The notes: generated by a model from the letters alone, not told the origin. Counted from the whole stretch's first letter, positions 26,391 through 39,520 are shown. The stretch is 62,980 nucleotides of DNA, filler included, from Octopus bimaculoides (GCF_001194135.2; 8 parts of 8 records of this genome joined end to end with filler, not necessarily neighbours in it); one strand, 5' to 3'. A program made the numbers and translations.

Positions 26391-27831
26391 TTATATATAT
26401 ATATATATATATATTAGGGACAAAATCCAAAATTACAGGTAATAGTGATAGTGGATTTTCATCGATGAGTTCTTGAAACTTGGTTCTTTTCCCTAAAACT
26501 ATATATATATATGAGTGAGTGGACAAACGAAAGAAAGAGGCACTCAAAGCGATTAGTAGGAGTTACATATATCATTATTATTATTTAAAACAGTTTTATT
26601 CGGCCCTATGCAATATAACAAAAAATTAGGAAAATTTTAGATCCAGTTGAGGCACATAAATGTAATTAACTTTAAAAGGAATATTCTGTTTTGGATGCAC
26701 ATGTTTTTACTCATAAACTTAACTTTTTACAACTCAAAACTATAACTATGGTACGTATATCATTGTGAATATTGCTGTACCGGCTTAATGGGGAGTCAGT
26801 ACTTCATGTTGAATATCAACCACATAAATCTCATCTTGAAATGCTAAGAAATTTTAAATAAGACTGACGCAATTACATTGTAGTATAACAAGAGCATCTT
26901 ATTAAAAAATAAGGCGAGTCATTGTATTATTCAAATAAATACAATTTCAAAAGAATAACAGATAAAAGAAAACTAAGAAAAATCTAGACCGGAGTAAAAT
27001 TGTGTGATGAGCAGACTGTAGAAGATATTAGTATGTAGCATGATCAATGTATTTGATGGTAAAGAAACTGAGATCTGCTTTTAGGTGCTGTTGCTGCTGT
27101 GAAAGTGGAGAGAGACATTTGGCACACAGAAGTAGTTCTTTTCCACAGATGTACTTAAAGAAGATAGCAGCAGAAAGAAAGAAAACAAAGGTCAGAATCT
27201 TACAATATTTTTTACGATTAAAAAGAGGAGCTAGGGAACTGATAGCATTGAAGGCTGATAGGAAATTGTGTGCAAGTTTGGTTTCTAATTGCTAAAGTTG
27301 GAACACTGATATTCATCACTACAAGGCTTGATATACTGGGTCATTACTACTAAATTTCGCCACAGAACTAAGACCAAGAGAGTGTCACCCATGTGCCATC
27401 GAGAATCTACAGTCGGAAATATAGTTCTTGCTTATTTAATAACCACGTAAGTGCTTGGATCAGTGGTGACACGATCATATTAAAACAGCTACACTTGTCA
27501 TCTGAACCTGCAACCGTCTGTCATCTAGCAGATCTTTTTTGAAAGACTATAGAAAATAGCTGACCGATAAGAAGTGAGATCTATTTTGTAACCTATACAT
27601 AGCAGACATAAGCATCAGGAATGCAAATGGCGGTTGTTATACTGGTACAGGAATACAATCATCACATGCCGTATGACTTAGCATGAAATGTTCAGCCCAT
27701 CGAAGTTGAAGTTTTATCATTGCGGTTTCAATGCAGAAAAGAATGAAACATACCGACACTCCTCACATCTCTTCTGTAATCGAATTAATTACCTCAGATA
27801 TTTCTAGTTTTAAACAATGGTCAAGTTAATA

Positions 27832-28047
27832 CTGGTTTCAAATTTTGGTACAAGGCCAGCAGTTTTCGGAGAGGAGTCAAGTCGATTAAGTCGACCCCAG
27901 CACTCAACCGACACTTATTTCACCGACCTCGAAAGGATGAAAGGCAAAGTCAACTTATGCAGAATTTGAACTCAGAATGCATAGACGGACGAAATGCCGC
28001 TAAGTACTTTACCCGGCGTGCTAACGATTCTGCTAGCTCGCCGCCTT
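27832..28047 (-). mobile_element. Family B SINE, full length, with a perfect 16-bp target-site duplication
   Basis: AATGGTCAAGTTAATA at 27816-27831 and 28048-28063; tRNA-like head ggcggcgagctagcagaatcgttagc and B box gagttcaaattc on the minus strand. Confidence 0.92.
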
Positions 28048-29934
28048 AATGGTCAAGTTAATATTGCCATTCTTAATGAGCATTAAAACACTGATATACA
28101 CATTAGCCAATGACAAATAATCATACAGATACTTGTAATTTACTTGTTCATACTAATTGAAACAAGTATTGTAAAACTAATGTGTTAATTGTTTTTCATG
28201 CGTATGATCTTTCTTTTCAGCGAAAGATCATTCAAACTTGTTTAAGTTGCAGTTTATTATCATAAGAATCTCCAGCCTTCACACTTCCTGCCACTCTATT
28301 CTCAACAACCATGAGAATAAACACTTCAACAACACCCAGTTTCGTTAAGTAATTTATGGATGTTGTCATTTCATAGATATTTTCGTTCCCACTTACAGTT
28401 TTATTTTTTCCAAAATATATTATACAAAATTTATCTGTAGGACTTGAAAGCAAGTGGAAATGTTAAGGATATGAATAAGATTGTTTCTCTGGACGTTATC
28501 ATTTGATATTTGTAATACATCTCAGGTGATTGCTGAATAAATTTTAAGATCGCAACTCTGAGGTATACAGTATACAAAATTTGAAAACAATAGTTAATAG
28601 ATGTAAGTTATTGATTGATGTTACTAATAATCTTATATCAAGTATGATTTTAAACAAGATCATAATGCAAAAATGATTAATTAAATATTTTAATTGTAAC
28701 CGTAATTTATATAACAGTACATTAAGTTAGTCTGGAGTTATTTCAAGCTTGCAATTAAATAATAAATTAGAAGTTTGATTGGTAATAAATTGTTGCCAAT
28801 GTTTGGTCTGCGATAGGTCTCTTGAGGTTAATTAAAAGATGTGTTTGAGTCGAGATCTAAAACGTTGCTCAGTGGTATTTGTCTCTCTCCTTCCTGTAGG
28901 CTAGTGGTTGACCACATTAGCTTCGGTGTCTTAATATTCTTTCATGAATTCTGGTTCGAAGAGTAGTCCTTTTTTACGCATTAAAGTTTGAAGGAGCCAG
29001 ACGTATGAAATTTTCTCCCTTTCATGAATGACTGGAATTTATTTTGGGCATAAGGACTTTTGTCTATGAGTATGGTGTGAGCAAGCATATATGTGTACGT
29101 AGAAGTGATGGCATACATATGTGTGTATAGGTTTACTGTGCATGGGTGCGCCTGTCTAGTTTTATTTCATATAGTGACATCTGTATGTGGGAGTGTGCCA
29201 TTTACAATCAGCACTATATCTGGAATATTTGTTTCATTTTCTTATCGTTTCATCTTTCCACTTTCCTCTCATCTACCTTGCATTATCTTCTTTAAGTAAT
29301 TAACATCCCGTCTACTATTCTAACTTTTGCATTGTGGTGCCTTTTAACAGCTTTATAAATATATAGTGAAAATACTAATCACTCAAGAACTATTCGAAGT
29401 CACCCATAAATCTATGCAGATAAGGAAATGGCATACATAAAACTATATCTCACTCTACCCTGCTGTAGTTATTTGCAGAAAAAGCAGACGATTGGTTACT
29501 TGATCAGCTCCTATTTTCACTCCCCTTACGTTTGCTGAAATTTAGAAATGTTTTTCTTGGTTTGTATTGGCGAAATCATCAGAGCAAAGAATTTCTGACA
29601 GGTGAGAAGTACCTGAAGAGAAATAAGACCCAATAATACGTAGCATCTTAAAGTTACGTAATATGCATCAGTGCTCCATTTGAAACATGTGTAGTATATA
29701 ACTTTCTTGTCCATTCTTTTCATTCACAGATTTAATTACCCCATAATAAGCAAACTTTATTGCTATGTACTGTAGTTGTATGGTAGCAATCGAAATTTCT
29801 GCATAATTTCGATATGGAACCGAGTGCGTCGGATGCATTAATAAACTTAATTGATTGACCACCGCCTCCTCTTGTATTATGTATTCAAGTCTTGTCCATA
29901 CTTGAGGCTTAAAAACAAGTTTTATCACGATACA

Positions 29935-30044
29935 TTTACTTGTCCTGTTTTCCATTTTTCTCTCGTTGTTTGCGTATTTAACTCGTTTGTTTTCGTATTT
30001 CCTGTTGTTTACACAGTTGGTGACGTCCTGTACCCATATATGCA

Positions 30045-30083
<39 letters not shown>

Positions 30084-30135
30084 TATACTATTATTTAATT
30101 GAACGCCACGCATCCATTTCCAAGTAAGTTTAACT
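29935..30135 (+). mobile_element. Family P arm plus unique end
   Basis: ttacttgtcctgttttccatttt...gtgacgtcctgtacccatatatgcatg...aacgccacgcatccatttccaagtaag. Confidence 0.7.
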
Positions 30136-30179
30136 TAATCTTTTTATGCGACTCTACTCTATACTATTTTCCCTTTTCC

Positions 30180-32863
30180 TTTTTCTCGCCCCAACTACAT
30201 ACCTCCCACCGAATGCTCCAAATAATACAGGTAAGCTTGAAGACTGCCTAGCAAAGATAGAAGTTCTCACCAAACTGGAGCAACACATCAGTGTATTCTA
30301 TGTGGGTGACTTTAACTTCCCCAATGTGGGATAGCCGGGGGGCCACCAGCAAGCACAGGCGAAGTCCCTGCTCCACCTTACCAATGCTTCTTTCGTGGAG
30401 CAAATTAACCAACCAGGGCAAATAATATACTGGATCTCTGCTTCACAAACAATATGGACATTATCTATAATGTTAAATTGACACTGACGCTGGTTTCGGA
30501 TCACAACATAACAAAGCTGTCTATGTATGAACCAAAAGCCCCTGCAGATTTTCAGCCTATACGAAGCACCCAAAATCTTTCCAAACTAAGTTTTCAGAAA
30601 GCAAACTGGAAGTTTGATTGAGAACGATATCCTCAAACAGAATTGGTCGAAATGTCTCTCCATACCAGATATTGACATGAAACACAAGTCATATGTCCAT
30701 AATACAAGCCATGTGACAAATCTGTCTCAACATACACAAAAACAGGATCCCTAGGGAAAAGGAAGCTCCTTATGAGACGATGGACAAAGATTACGAACCG
30801 CCTGAGCAAGCACCCTAAAAGTGGTGAGAAGTCTCGCCTGGAGAGAGCACTATTGGAGGCTGAGAAAAGTCTGCATCAATCTCAAGAAAAGGAGAGAGCG
30901 GATAAGGAAAGTTGAGTTATAGAAAATGTCGCGTCGAACCCTAATGCCTTCTTTAAGTTTGCCAAAGAAACAGCCACAGTACGCCACAAGATAGGATCCC
31001 TCTTCCAAAAAAATGCCCCGCTTACATGAAACCCAATGAGGATAAGTGAAATATTGAATGAACAGTTCCAAAGTGTGTTCACTACAACATTGGGACAGGC
31101 AAATGAACAAACCAGCATAATTCTTTGTCACTTTACCTGTAACCAAAGAAGCGAAAAGTGATAACATCCACATTGAAGAAGATGTAACACTGGCCAAACA
31201 TGTAACATTGGCACTGGCCAAACATGTAACATGTAACATTGGCACAAACTCAGCTACTGGCCCTGATCGATTCTCAGCGGCCCTTCTCAAATCATGCAAA
31301 TGGGTCATTGCAAAACCACTGCAGCTTCTTTTTCAGAGCTTTCTTGCAAGTGGTAAGCTCCCAGACAAACTAAAGGAGGGAATAATATGCCCTATCTATA
31401 AGGGAGGAAGCAGAACAGATGCTAAAAATTATAGGCTTATGTCTTTGACTTCACACATCAGCAAAGACATGGAATGACTGGTCCGCAAGAAACTAATTGC
31501 GTTCCTTGAAGAAAATTACTTGCTGACTGACATCCAGCATGAATTTCGACCAAGTACAAGTTGCCTAACACAGCTCTTGTAACACTACGACTGGATGTTA
31601 AAACAGCTGCTAAATGACTCAAGTGTGGATGTGATATAACTCGACATTGCAAAAGCCTTTGATAAAGTCGACCATGGTATGATGTCACAAACTGCGTAAT
31701 CTTGGTATAGACGGAAAACTTGGAGAGTGCTTGCACGACTTTCTAAAAGATAAACGTCAGGTGGTGGTGACCGACGGAGCCACCTCCAAGGAAACACAGA
31801 TAGCAAGTGGTGTTCCACAGGGCACTGTCTTATGACCACTGTTATTCATAGTGGCACTCTCAAAAATCCCCTCAGCTGCACAGATAGCCACCCTTGCTAG
31901 CTATGCAGATGACACAAATATCTCTCAGACAATACAAAATCCTGGAAATGTTGCACATCTGCAATGGGAGTTGAACGCAATATAGAGGAGGGCTGAGGAC
32001 AACAAGAAGCTGGACAATTTCAGGCCCTGTGCTACCAGCACACAAAGCTGAACAACATGCAAACAGGATACACTGGCCCGGGAGGAACTGAAATCTCTGA
32101 ATCAAAATCAGTGCGTGATCTGGGCATTGGCATGAGCAATGATGCCTCTTTCCAAGGGCATATTACCAATTTCGTAACAGTGTGCAAACGGCTGGATGGA
32201 TGGATCCTCCGAGCTTTCAAAATGGAAGAAAATGAGACGATGATGGTCCTTTGGGGAGGAGGAGTCCTCAGCCGCTTAGAATACTGCTTCCAATTATGAC
32301 CACCGCACAATGTAAAATTAACGGCGGAACTCGAAGCAATCCAACGAAGTTAAACAAGAAAAATCGTCTCAATGCAACGTGTCAGCTACTGTGAAAGACT
32401 GAAAGTATTAAAATTCTTCTCCCAAGAATGAAGGCATGAAAGATATGCAGTGATATACATCTGGAAAATCCTGGAAGGCCTTGCACCAAACTCTGGCATT
32501 GAAAGTTACACAAACAGCAGAACGGGGCGCCACTGCATAGTGCCAAAGACCCGCAGCATTTCCATCAAAGTACAAGACCAGATACTGCGACAGTTGGGTT
32601 TCAAAGGCACACAGCTCTTCGGTATCCTTCCAAACTGCCTGAGAGACCTGCATGGTGTGGATATAGGTGTCTTCAAAACAAAACTGGATCTCCTCTTGTC
32701 AAGGGTTCCAGATGAGGGCAAAGGCACTAAACTCCTTCATTTACCAAATGCCACATATGAGAGGAGGTTTCAAATAATGTTCTAGCACAGTTAGGTGGTG
32801 CCCCAACATGCAGCTTTGAAGCTGAAACAATTAAAGATTAAAGATTAAAGATTAAAAATAAAG

Positions 32864-32864
<1 letters not shown>
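30180..32864 (+). mobile_element. Decayed 5'-truncated non-LTR retrotransposon (CR1/L2 group); ORF2 pseudogene with AP endonuclease and reverse transcriptase
   Basis: YLPP...VGDFNFP (APE), GPDRFS..LLK...IAKPL, PIYKGGSR...KNYR..SLTS, DIAKAFDKVDH, SGVPQGTVL*PLLFI (from 31806), YADD (31902-31913), DLGI, LEYC, WKILEGLAPN, RVPDE. Many stops and frameshifts; (TTAAAGA)n tail at 32831-32864. Confidence 0.92.
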
Positions 32865-32894
<30 letters not shown>

Positions 32895-33600
32895 CACACA
32901 CACACGGATTAGAAGCGCTAAGCAGTGATGTGCATAAATGTGGACTTCTAACCAGTTCAAATATATGTATGCATGTATGTATGTATGTGTTTCTATCGAT
33001 GTGTGCGAATGATTTCGTTAATTCTGTATTTTAATAGTTCAGTAATTAAATATAGCAATGACTACTAAAGAATTTTAAGAAATACCAAATTTTACGTTCT
33101 TTTACCAAATAAAGGCAGAAAAACATATAGAGAATGGATTTGTATTCATCTCGGATCTTCAACTAAATACATTTAATGTATATTATCTTTTTATAACTCT
33201 TCCTTTCAATTTTGACAACCGAAATTAAAAAGAAAGACTATTATGTTTTTCTTGTTATGGAAGTGCTTTCAGAATGACATATATGAAATGTACACGCATG
33301 CGCACACAAAAACATACAAATACCATATACATTCACACTAGACAAAAATACACATAAAGGCAAATAAAATTGAAACACAAAGAAAAAATATCGATGTGAT
33401 GCAAGATTTTCATGCGTGAACTTTTCTGTAAGTACATATACATGTATGTTTAATGCATATGAATACACAGATAATAGATATATATTTGTGTGTGTGTGTA
33501 TGCATGTGTGTGTAGGTCAAACAAGTTTGATTCAGACTCCTCTCCTTAGCACTCTTAGTTTCAAGTGTGATACCTTTGCATTTGTATGTAAAATACGCCT

Positions 33601-33655
<55 letters not shown>

Positions 33656-34189
33656 CCATAAATCCATATACACAAACACATAAACACCCATATATATATA
33701 TGTTCCTATATATAGAAACATATACAGGCATACCTCGGCTTAAGTCATTTCAATTTAAGTCGTTCTCGATTATACGTAGGTTTTCAAAACTAATATATGG
33801 AAAAATAAAGATCAAGTTAAATCATTTTACTAGACTTTACGTATGTCCGCCATAAATATTGGAATCATAAAATCACTAGAAAACGGTTAAAGGCACATAA
33901 AATCGTGTCACTGTACAATAAATGAGAATAAATGCATTTAAAATCATATTAAAATACGTAAGTAAATGTTAAGATACACACCATTAAGTAGTGTAGCTTA
34001 GTGAACGAAATCATGAAATCAGCCGTGTTGTCTTATTTATCGGTCTTTCGGAGCTCATATTACGCTGTAGTTCCAATATCTACCGTCTGGCGTCGTTGTC
34101 ACTCGTGATTCCTGCGATTGTTTTGAATTCAAATTTGTTTATGTCTATTTAACGGTTACTTTCTCATTCTGATTAATTTGCGACTTTAA

Positions 34190-34571
34190 TTTTTGCCCCT
34201 AAACATCAACTACTATTGGAACTTACACAGCATGTACAGGAAACTATTCTACCACTTGTATACACCACTTTCCTCGAATAATGGAACTGCAACTACAATA
34301 CCTTTATATATTTTATATTTTATTCCTACTTTCATTCTCTTATTTCGCTCTATATTCTCTATCTCTCCCTTTTCCATAAAAATTCCTTATTTCGAACTCA
34401 AATAATTACTTCTATTTAACCGTCTCACATCGTCTCTGAAGAAAGGATATCCATAATATCCCTGAAACAGCTGTAAGACTATAATCTATATCTTTTTCCT
34501 TATAAATGTCCTGAAAACTATTCACAGCCTTGGCTTTGTTATATCATTTTGTCTAATATATGTTATAACAA
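34190..34571 (+). mobile_element. PLE-type terminal repeat fragment ending in (TA)n and carrying a hammerhead
   Basis: AT-rich body, the hammerhead at 34432, then a short end ...gtctaatatatgttataacaatg that runs directly into (TA)n. Confidence 0.55.
34432..34479 (+). ncRNA. Type I minimal hammerhead ribozyme
   Basis: GTCT (stem I) CTGAAGA AAGGATAT-ccata-ATATCCCT (stem II, 7/8 pairs) GAAA C-AGCT-G TA (palindromic stem III; GUA cleavage triplet ending at 34475) AGAC (stem I'). Confidence 0.8.
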
Positions 34572-34613
<42 letters not shown>

Positions 34614-35130
34614 GTACATATATATCTATATCTATATCTATGTATATATATATATATATNNNNNNNNNNNNNNNNNNNNNNNNNNNNNNNNNNNNNNNNN
34701 NNNNNNNNNNNNNNNNNNNNNNNNNNNNNNNNNNNNNNNNNNNNNNNNNNNNNNNNNNNNNNNNNNNNNNNNNNNNNNNNNNNNNNNNNNNNNNNNNNNN
34801 NNNNNNNNNNNNNNNNNNNNNNNNNNNNNNNNNNNNNNNNNNNNNNNNNNNNNNNNNNNNNNNNNNNNNNNNNNNNNNNNNNNNNNNNNNNNNNNNNNNN
34901 NNNNNNNNNNNNNNNNNNNNNNNNNNNATATATATACGTGTGTCAGTGTGTGTGTGGTGTATGTACGTGTGCAGGAGTATTTGTTTATATCAATATACTT
35001 ATACACACATACCCACACACGCACACCCATACACACGTGCACACACACACGCATATATAGATATATATATTATTTTGTGGCTAGTTATGAGTGTGACCAG
35101 GTACGTGTGAGTGTGTGTGTGCGTGTGCGC

Positions 35131-35163
<33 letters not shown>

Positions 35164-35432
35164 TTTGTAGTAATAATATATTTCAATCATTCTGATTTGG
35201 CGAGTTCAATATGTTTTATAATCGTCCATTCAATCATATTTATTTCAAAAATCGATAAATATTCATCTACTTAATATTAAAACATAACAATATTCATGTC
35301 CCTTTTGGGCTCATTGCATTTCAATCAATCATATATATGTGTGTGTGTGTGTGTGTGTGCATATATATATGTGTATATATATGCATATATACATATATAG
35401 ACATATATGTGCATATGCATAAATAACGTAAA

Positions 35433-35463
<31 letters not shown>

Positions 35464-35478
35464 ATATATAAATATACA

Positions 35479-35530
<52 letters not shown>

Positions 35531-35842
35531 GTATACGTATATATATATATATGGCTGTACATACAATAGATATATATATACACAAACATACATACATACA
35601 TACGTACGTATGCATAATGAATCATATAGTTTAAATGTTACATATTCCGAGATAGGCTGTATATTAATCGTGCAAGTTCCGATAAAAGTAAATATATATA
35701 TTTATACATATATATATCTTTATGTCATATCTATATCTTTCTACACTTAATCACAGACCAACAGACAAGCACAAAGGAAAAAAGTATGACTATATACATA
35801 TATGTATATATATGTGTGCGTGTGTGTGTGTGTGTGCGTGTG

Positions 35843-35891
<49 letters not shown>

Positions 35892-36119
35892 NNNNNNNNN
35901 NNNNNNNNNNNNNNNNNNNNNNNNNNNNNNNNNNNTTAATTAATTAANNNNNNNNNNNNNNNNNNNNNNNNNNNNNNNNNNNNNNNNNNNNAAGGAGGTA
36001 TCCTCAAATGGAAGGCCTGATCCTGTCTCTCACAATAGTTTACACTTTGTTGTAAAATCTACCCAAGAACAAAGTGGGTATGTTAAACCTGTGGATGGAT
36101 GAAGTTTATAATCCAAGTA

Positions 36120-36420
36120 GGCCACGGCGGGGTTTGAACTCAGAAAGTAAAGATTCGGAACAAATACCACGAGGCACTTTTCTCTGACGCTCTAAGGATT
36201 TCGCCAGTCAGCCGCGTTGCTCTGGTATTTAAATTATCGATTCTGGAAGGATCAAAGGCAAGTTTTACCTCGGCGGCAAATGAATTCAGAACTAAAATGC
36301 TGTAAGGAATTTTTTTTTTGTACGATGTTTTAACGATTTCGCGCCACTTCACCGCTCAAGACAAATACTTTATTTATCGAACCCCTGAGGATGAAAGGCG
36401 GCGTTGATGTTGGAGGAGAA
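36120..36420 (-). mobile_element. Tandem degenerate family B fragments
   Basis: ggcggggtttgaactcagaa, ttatcgattctggaaggatcaaaggcaa..acctcggcgg, tttatcgaacccctgaggatgaaaggc. Confidence 0.65.
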
Positions 36421-37039
36421 ACAACTTGAGAGAGACAGAGAGAGAGCGAGAGAGAAGAAAAGAGCCAGAGGAATGAAGTTGTGTAATGCGACAGAGTAAG
36501 AGAGAGAAAAGATACGGTGTGCCTTTGATCATAGTTCTGCTTAATCCGGGATAATCGGGGACTAAGTAGCAACAACAGCAACAATAACAATGGCGTCGAT
36601 GATATCGACTACGAAAAGCGATCAAACAGACACGTGTGTGGACTTGCTTCAGAATTAATGATTTGACTGAAAGGGTAGAGAGGACGAAATGCGTGTATTA
36701 TAGTTTGATCCTTCTATGAATAAGTTCAAATACGGCATATATCGAATTAGTTCCACTTTGTAATTCATTGCGCTCGGTTCAGTTTTTTGAATGTTTTTGG
36801 ACGGGGATATTTTTTTTTTTACGTTGGTTACAAATTTTCCTCATAACGGTCACTGTTTCCTTGTATATCAAATTATGAAAATGGTAAGATGTGTATGTAT
36901 ACTTAACTTATGAGTGCTTGTGTATCATAGGGAGAGATCCCTATAGGGAATCTCAAATCATTTACCGAGATAATACGCTCTTTCTTCTATTAACCTGTAT
37001 CCTGGTATCATTAGATATGAGTAAATACACCATTCGGCC

Positions 37040-37230
37040 ATGAATAACCATGGGATTGCATCTAAAAAGTTCCCCTCCGAGGCACAAGTCCAGGCAAGGT
37101 TGTTTTATAGATGACCAGCAACTGCTCATGCATATCAGCCTCCATTCTCCACATCACCAATGTTATCCAAGGGATAGTCAAATGCTGATACATTTTGGCA
37201 CCAGTGACGTCGCAACTCATTCCTGCATAA
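37040..37230 (-). mobile_element. Family D 3' part, degenerate
   Basis: ccatgggattgcatctaaaaagtt...ggcacaagtccaggcaaggttgtttta...caccaatgttatccaa matches 13600-13790. Confidence 0.75.
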
Positions 37231-37850
37231 AGTTTTTAGATATTAAATATATATATATATATAATTAGAGGCTATGGAAGCAACTGGCACAAAGCAAGAG
37301 ATAGTTCTGACAATCAATATTTGCGCATAGAGCTCTGATTTAGATATTCACTTTACAAATAAATCGTTTTTAGGTTCAATACCAAATTATTCGAGTTGGC
37401 GAAACCTTGTGAGGGAAATTTGTCAGATGGAAATTCGGTTAAGTCCCTTTAAATGCACTGCACCAATGAACTTAATCTGTCGCTCCATTTAATACAAAAT
37501 CACGTGGTCATCATCCGCCATGAGAGGCCATTCTGTTGTAAAGTCTGGAAACAGATTTTCGAGTGGTTGTGAATAACTGCTCCCAACCAGTCTCGAAGGC
37601 TGTGAAAGGGTCAGGTGCAATACTCTTCTTCCACTGACAAAGTCACTATCAAAACAAAAGTAAAATAAAAACATCTTGGGAAAACTGGAGGAAAAAGGCA
37701 GACTATTGGAAAAAACAAAACATTTTCCTCCTTTTTTATGATTTCAAGAATATTATAACGACGCAAGAAGAATGATTAATAACTTACATTGTTTTGGCTT
37801 TATAATAAAATATTTGAACACACATACACACATTTATAGATATAACTATA

Positions 37851-38030
37851 TAAGAAAATAATTTTATTCTCAAACGCAGGATAATGTTAATAATATAGCA
37901 TGAACAGGATAAATTATCCATATTTTGCTGGCCGCCAACACATTTTTCTGCAAAATATGGGTAGTTTATCCTGGTCATATTATATTATTAGCATTATCCT
38001 GTGTTTGAGAAAAATAAAATTATTTCCTTA
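37851..38030. mobile_element. Palindromic MITE-like hairpin (~80-bp arms, 21-nt loop)
   Basis: taagaaaataattttattctcaaacgcaggataatg...ccatattttgc versus gcaaaatatgg...cattatcctgtgtttgagaaaaataaaattatttcctta. Confidence 0.85.
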
Positions 38031-39229
38031 TTTTTCAATACATCTCAACGATTCTTAAGCAAACTTTGTTTACTTTCATCGTAATTTGAATTTAACGTAT
38101 ATAAATATATATAATTATACCAAAGGCAATCTTTATATTCAGGTCAACGTGGATGTTTTGTTAGAACGCCTGAATACTGCGGTAATTACCTTGAGAAAGC
38201 CTCTCATATGGTCGCATGGTGCTTAAAAGTATTCATATCTATAGCATTGGCAGACATTAATCGCATGCTTCGGGCACCAGATACATTGATTTGGAACCTA
38301 CATCATATCCTGAATAACAGTTGCTGAGTGACCGCATACCAGCCACCAAATCTCTCAGCTTGTGATACATAGGATTTTAGGAACCTTTCAGGTTGAGATG
38401 TCCAAATAGCCAGCAGATTTAATAATAAATAATTATTAGCGATAGAAGCAGTATTATAACTCATATATATATATATATATATATATCTTGCGAATTCACG
38501 AGATTTTATGTTTTCATCCATTGTTAAGATATTAAGATATTTTTCCTAACACGGAACCAATGGTGGCCTTAATACACAAATAAAGAAATTCTATTCACCA
38601 ATGCGGTGTTGAGCACTCATTCTTGTGATTTGACACACACACACACACATGTATATATNNNNNNNNNNNNNNNNNNNNNNNNNNNNNNNNNNNNNNNNNN
38701 NNNNNNNNNNNNNNNNNNNNNNNNNNNNNNNNNNNNNNNNNNNNNNNNNNNNNNNNNNNNNNNNNNNNNNNNNNNNNNNNNNNNNNNNNNNNNNNNNNNN
38801 NNNNNNNNNNNNNNNNNNNNNNNNNNNNNNNNNNNNNNNNNNNNNNNNNNNNNNNNNNNNNNNNNNNNNNNNNNNNNNNNNNNNNNNNNNNNNNNNNNNN
38901 NNNNNNNNNNNNNNNNNNNNNNNNNNNNNNNNNNNNNNNNNNNNNNNNNNNNNNNNNNNNNNNNNNNAGCTGTTGGACCCGGCGTTACTAGTGTTTTCCA
39001 TGTTGAAGTTAAGCCCACCTATGACCTTGTATTGAAATCTTCTACGTTCACCGTACCAACTATTACCCATTAAGATGTTATATCTGGTTTGGCAGATACC
39101 TGGTTAATGCTTTCGACATACTCCTACATACTGGACTATCTGAAATTGCAGTCAAACGTTTGGGTGTACCTCGACCCGTTGAAAGTGGAGTTTGTTTATT
39201 TCTCTCCTCTTAATGCCACCCTCTGTACA

Positions 39230-39520
39230 AAATTGATCAGCGTGTCCAATCTCAGCAAAATCCGAAGCATTATCGAGTTTTCGAAAATTTCCGGCCTTAT
39301 TTGAACTTCAGGGCATGTGATCTACCTATGTGCCAAAAATCATTAAAATCGGTTGGACGGTGTGGGAAGAGTTACAGTAACCCCAAACACNNNNNNNNNN
39401 ATCTACCTATGTGCCAAAAATCATTAAAATCGGTTGGACGGTGTGGGAAGCGTTACAGTAACCCCAAACACACACACGTACACACACAGATACCATCACA
39501 CATTTACGTATATATATATA
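39230..39520 (+). mobile_element. Helentron/HINE-like 3' end (70 bp duplicated across a 10-N gap)
   Basis: acctatgtgccaaaaatcattaaaatcggttggacgg...cacacac..atcacacatttacgtatatatat. Confidence 0.5.

Noticed and set aside
39321-39470. Apparent 70-bp direct repeat
   Set aside because: It also flanks a 10-N gap; assembly overlap.
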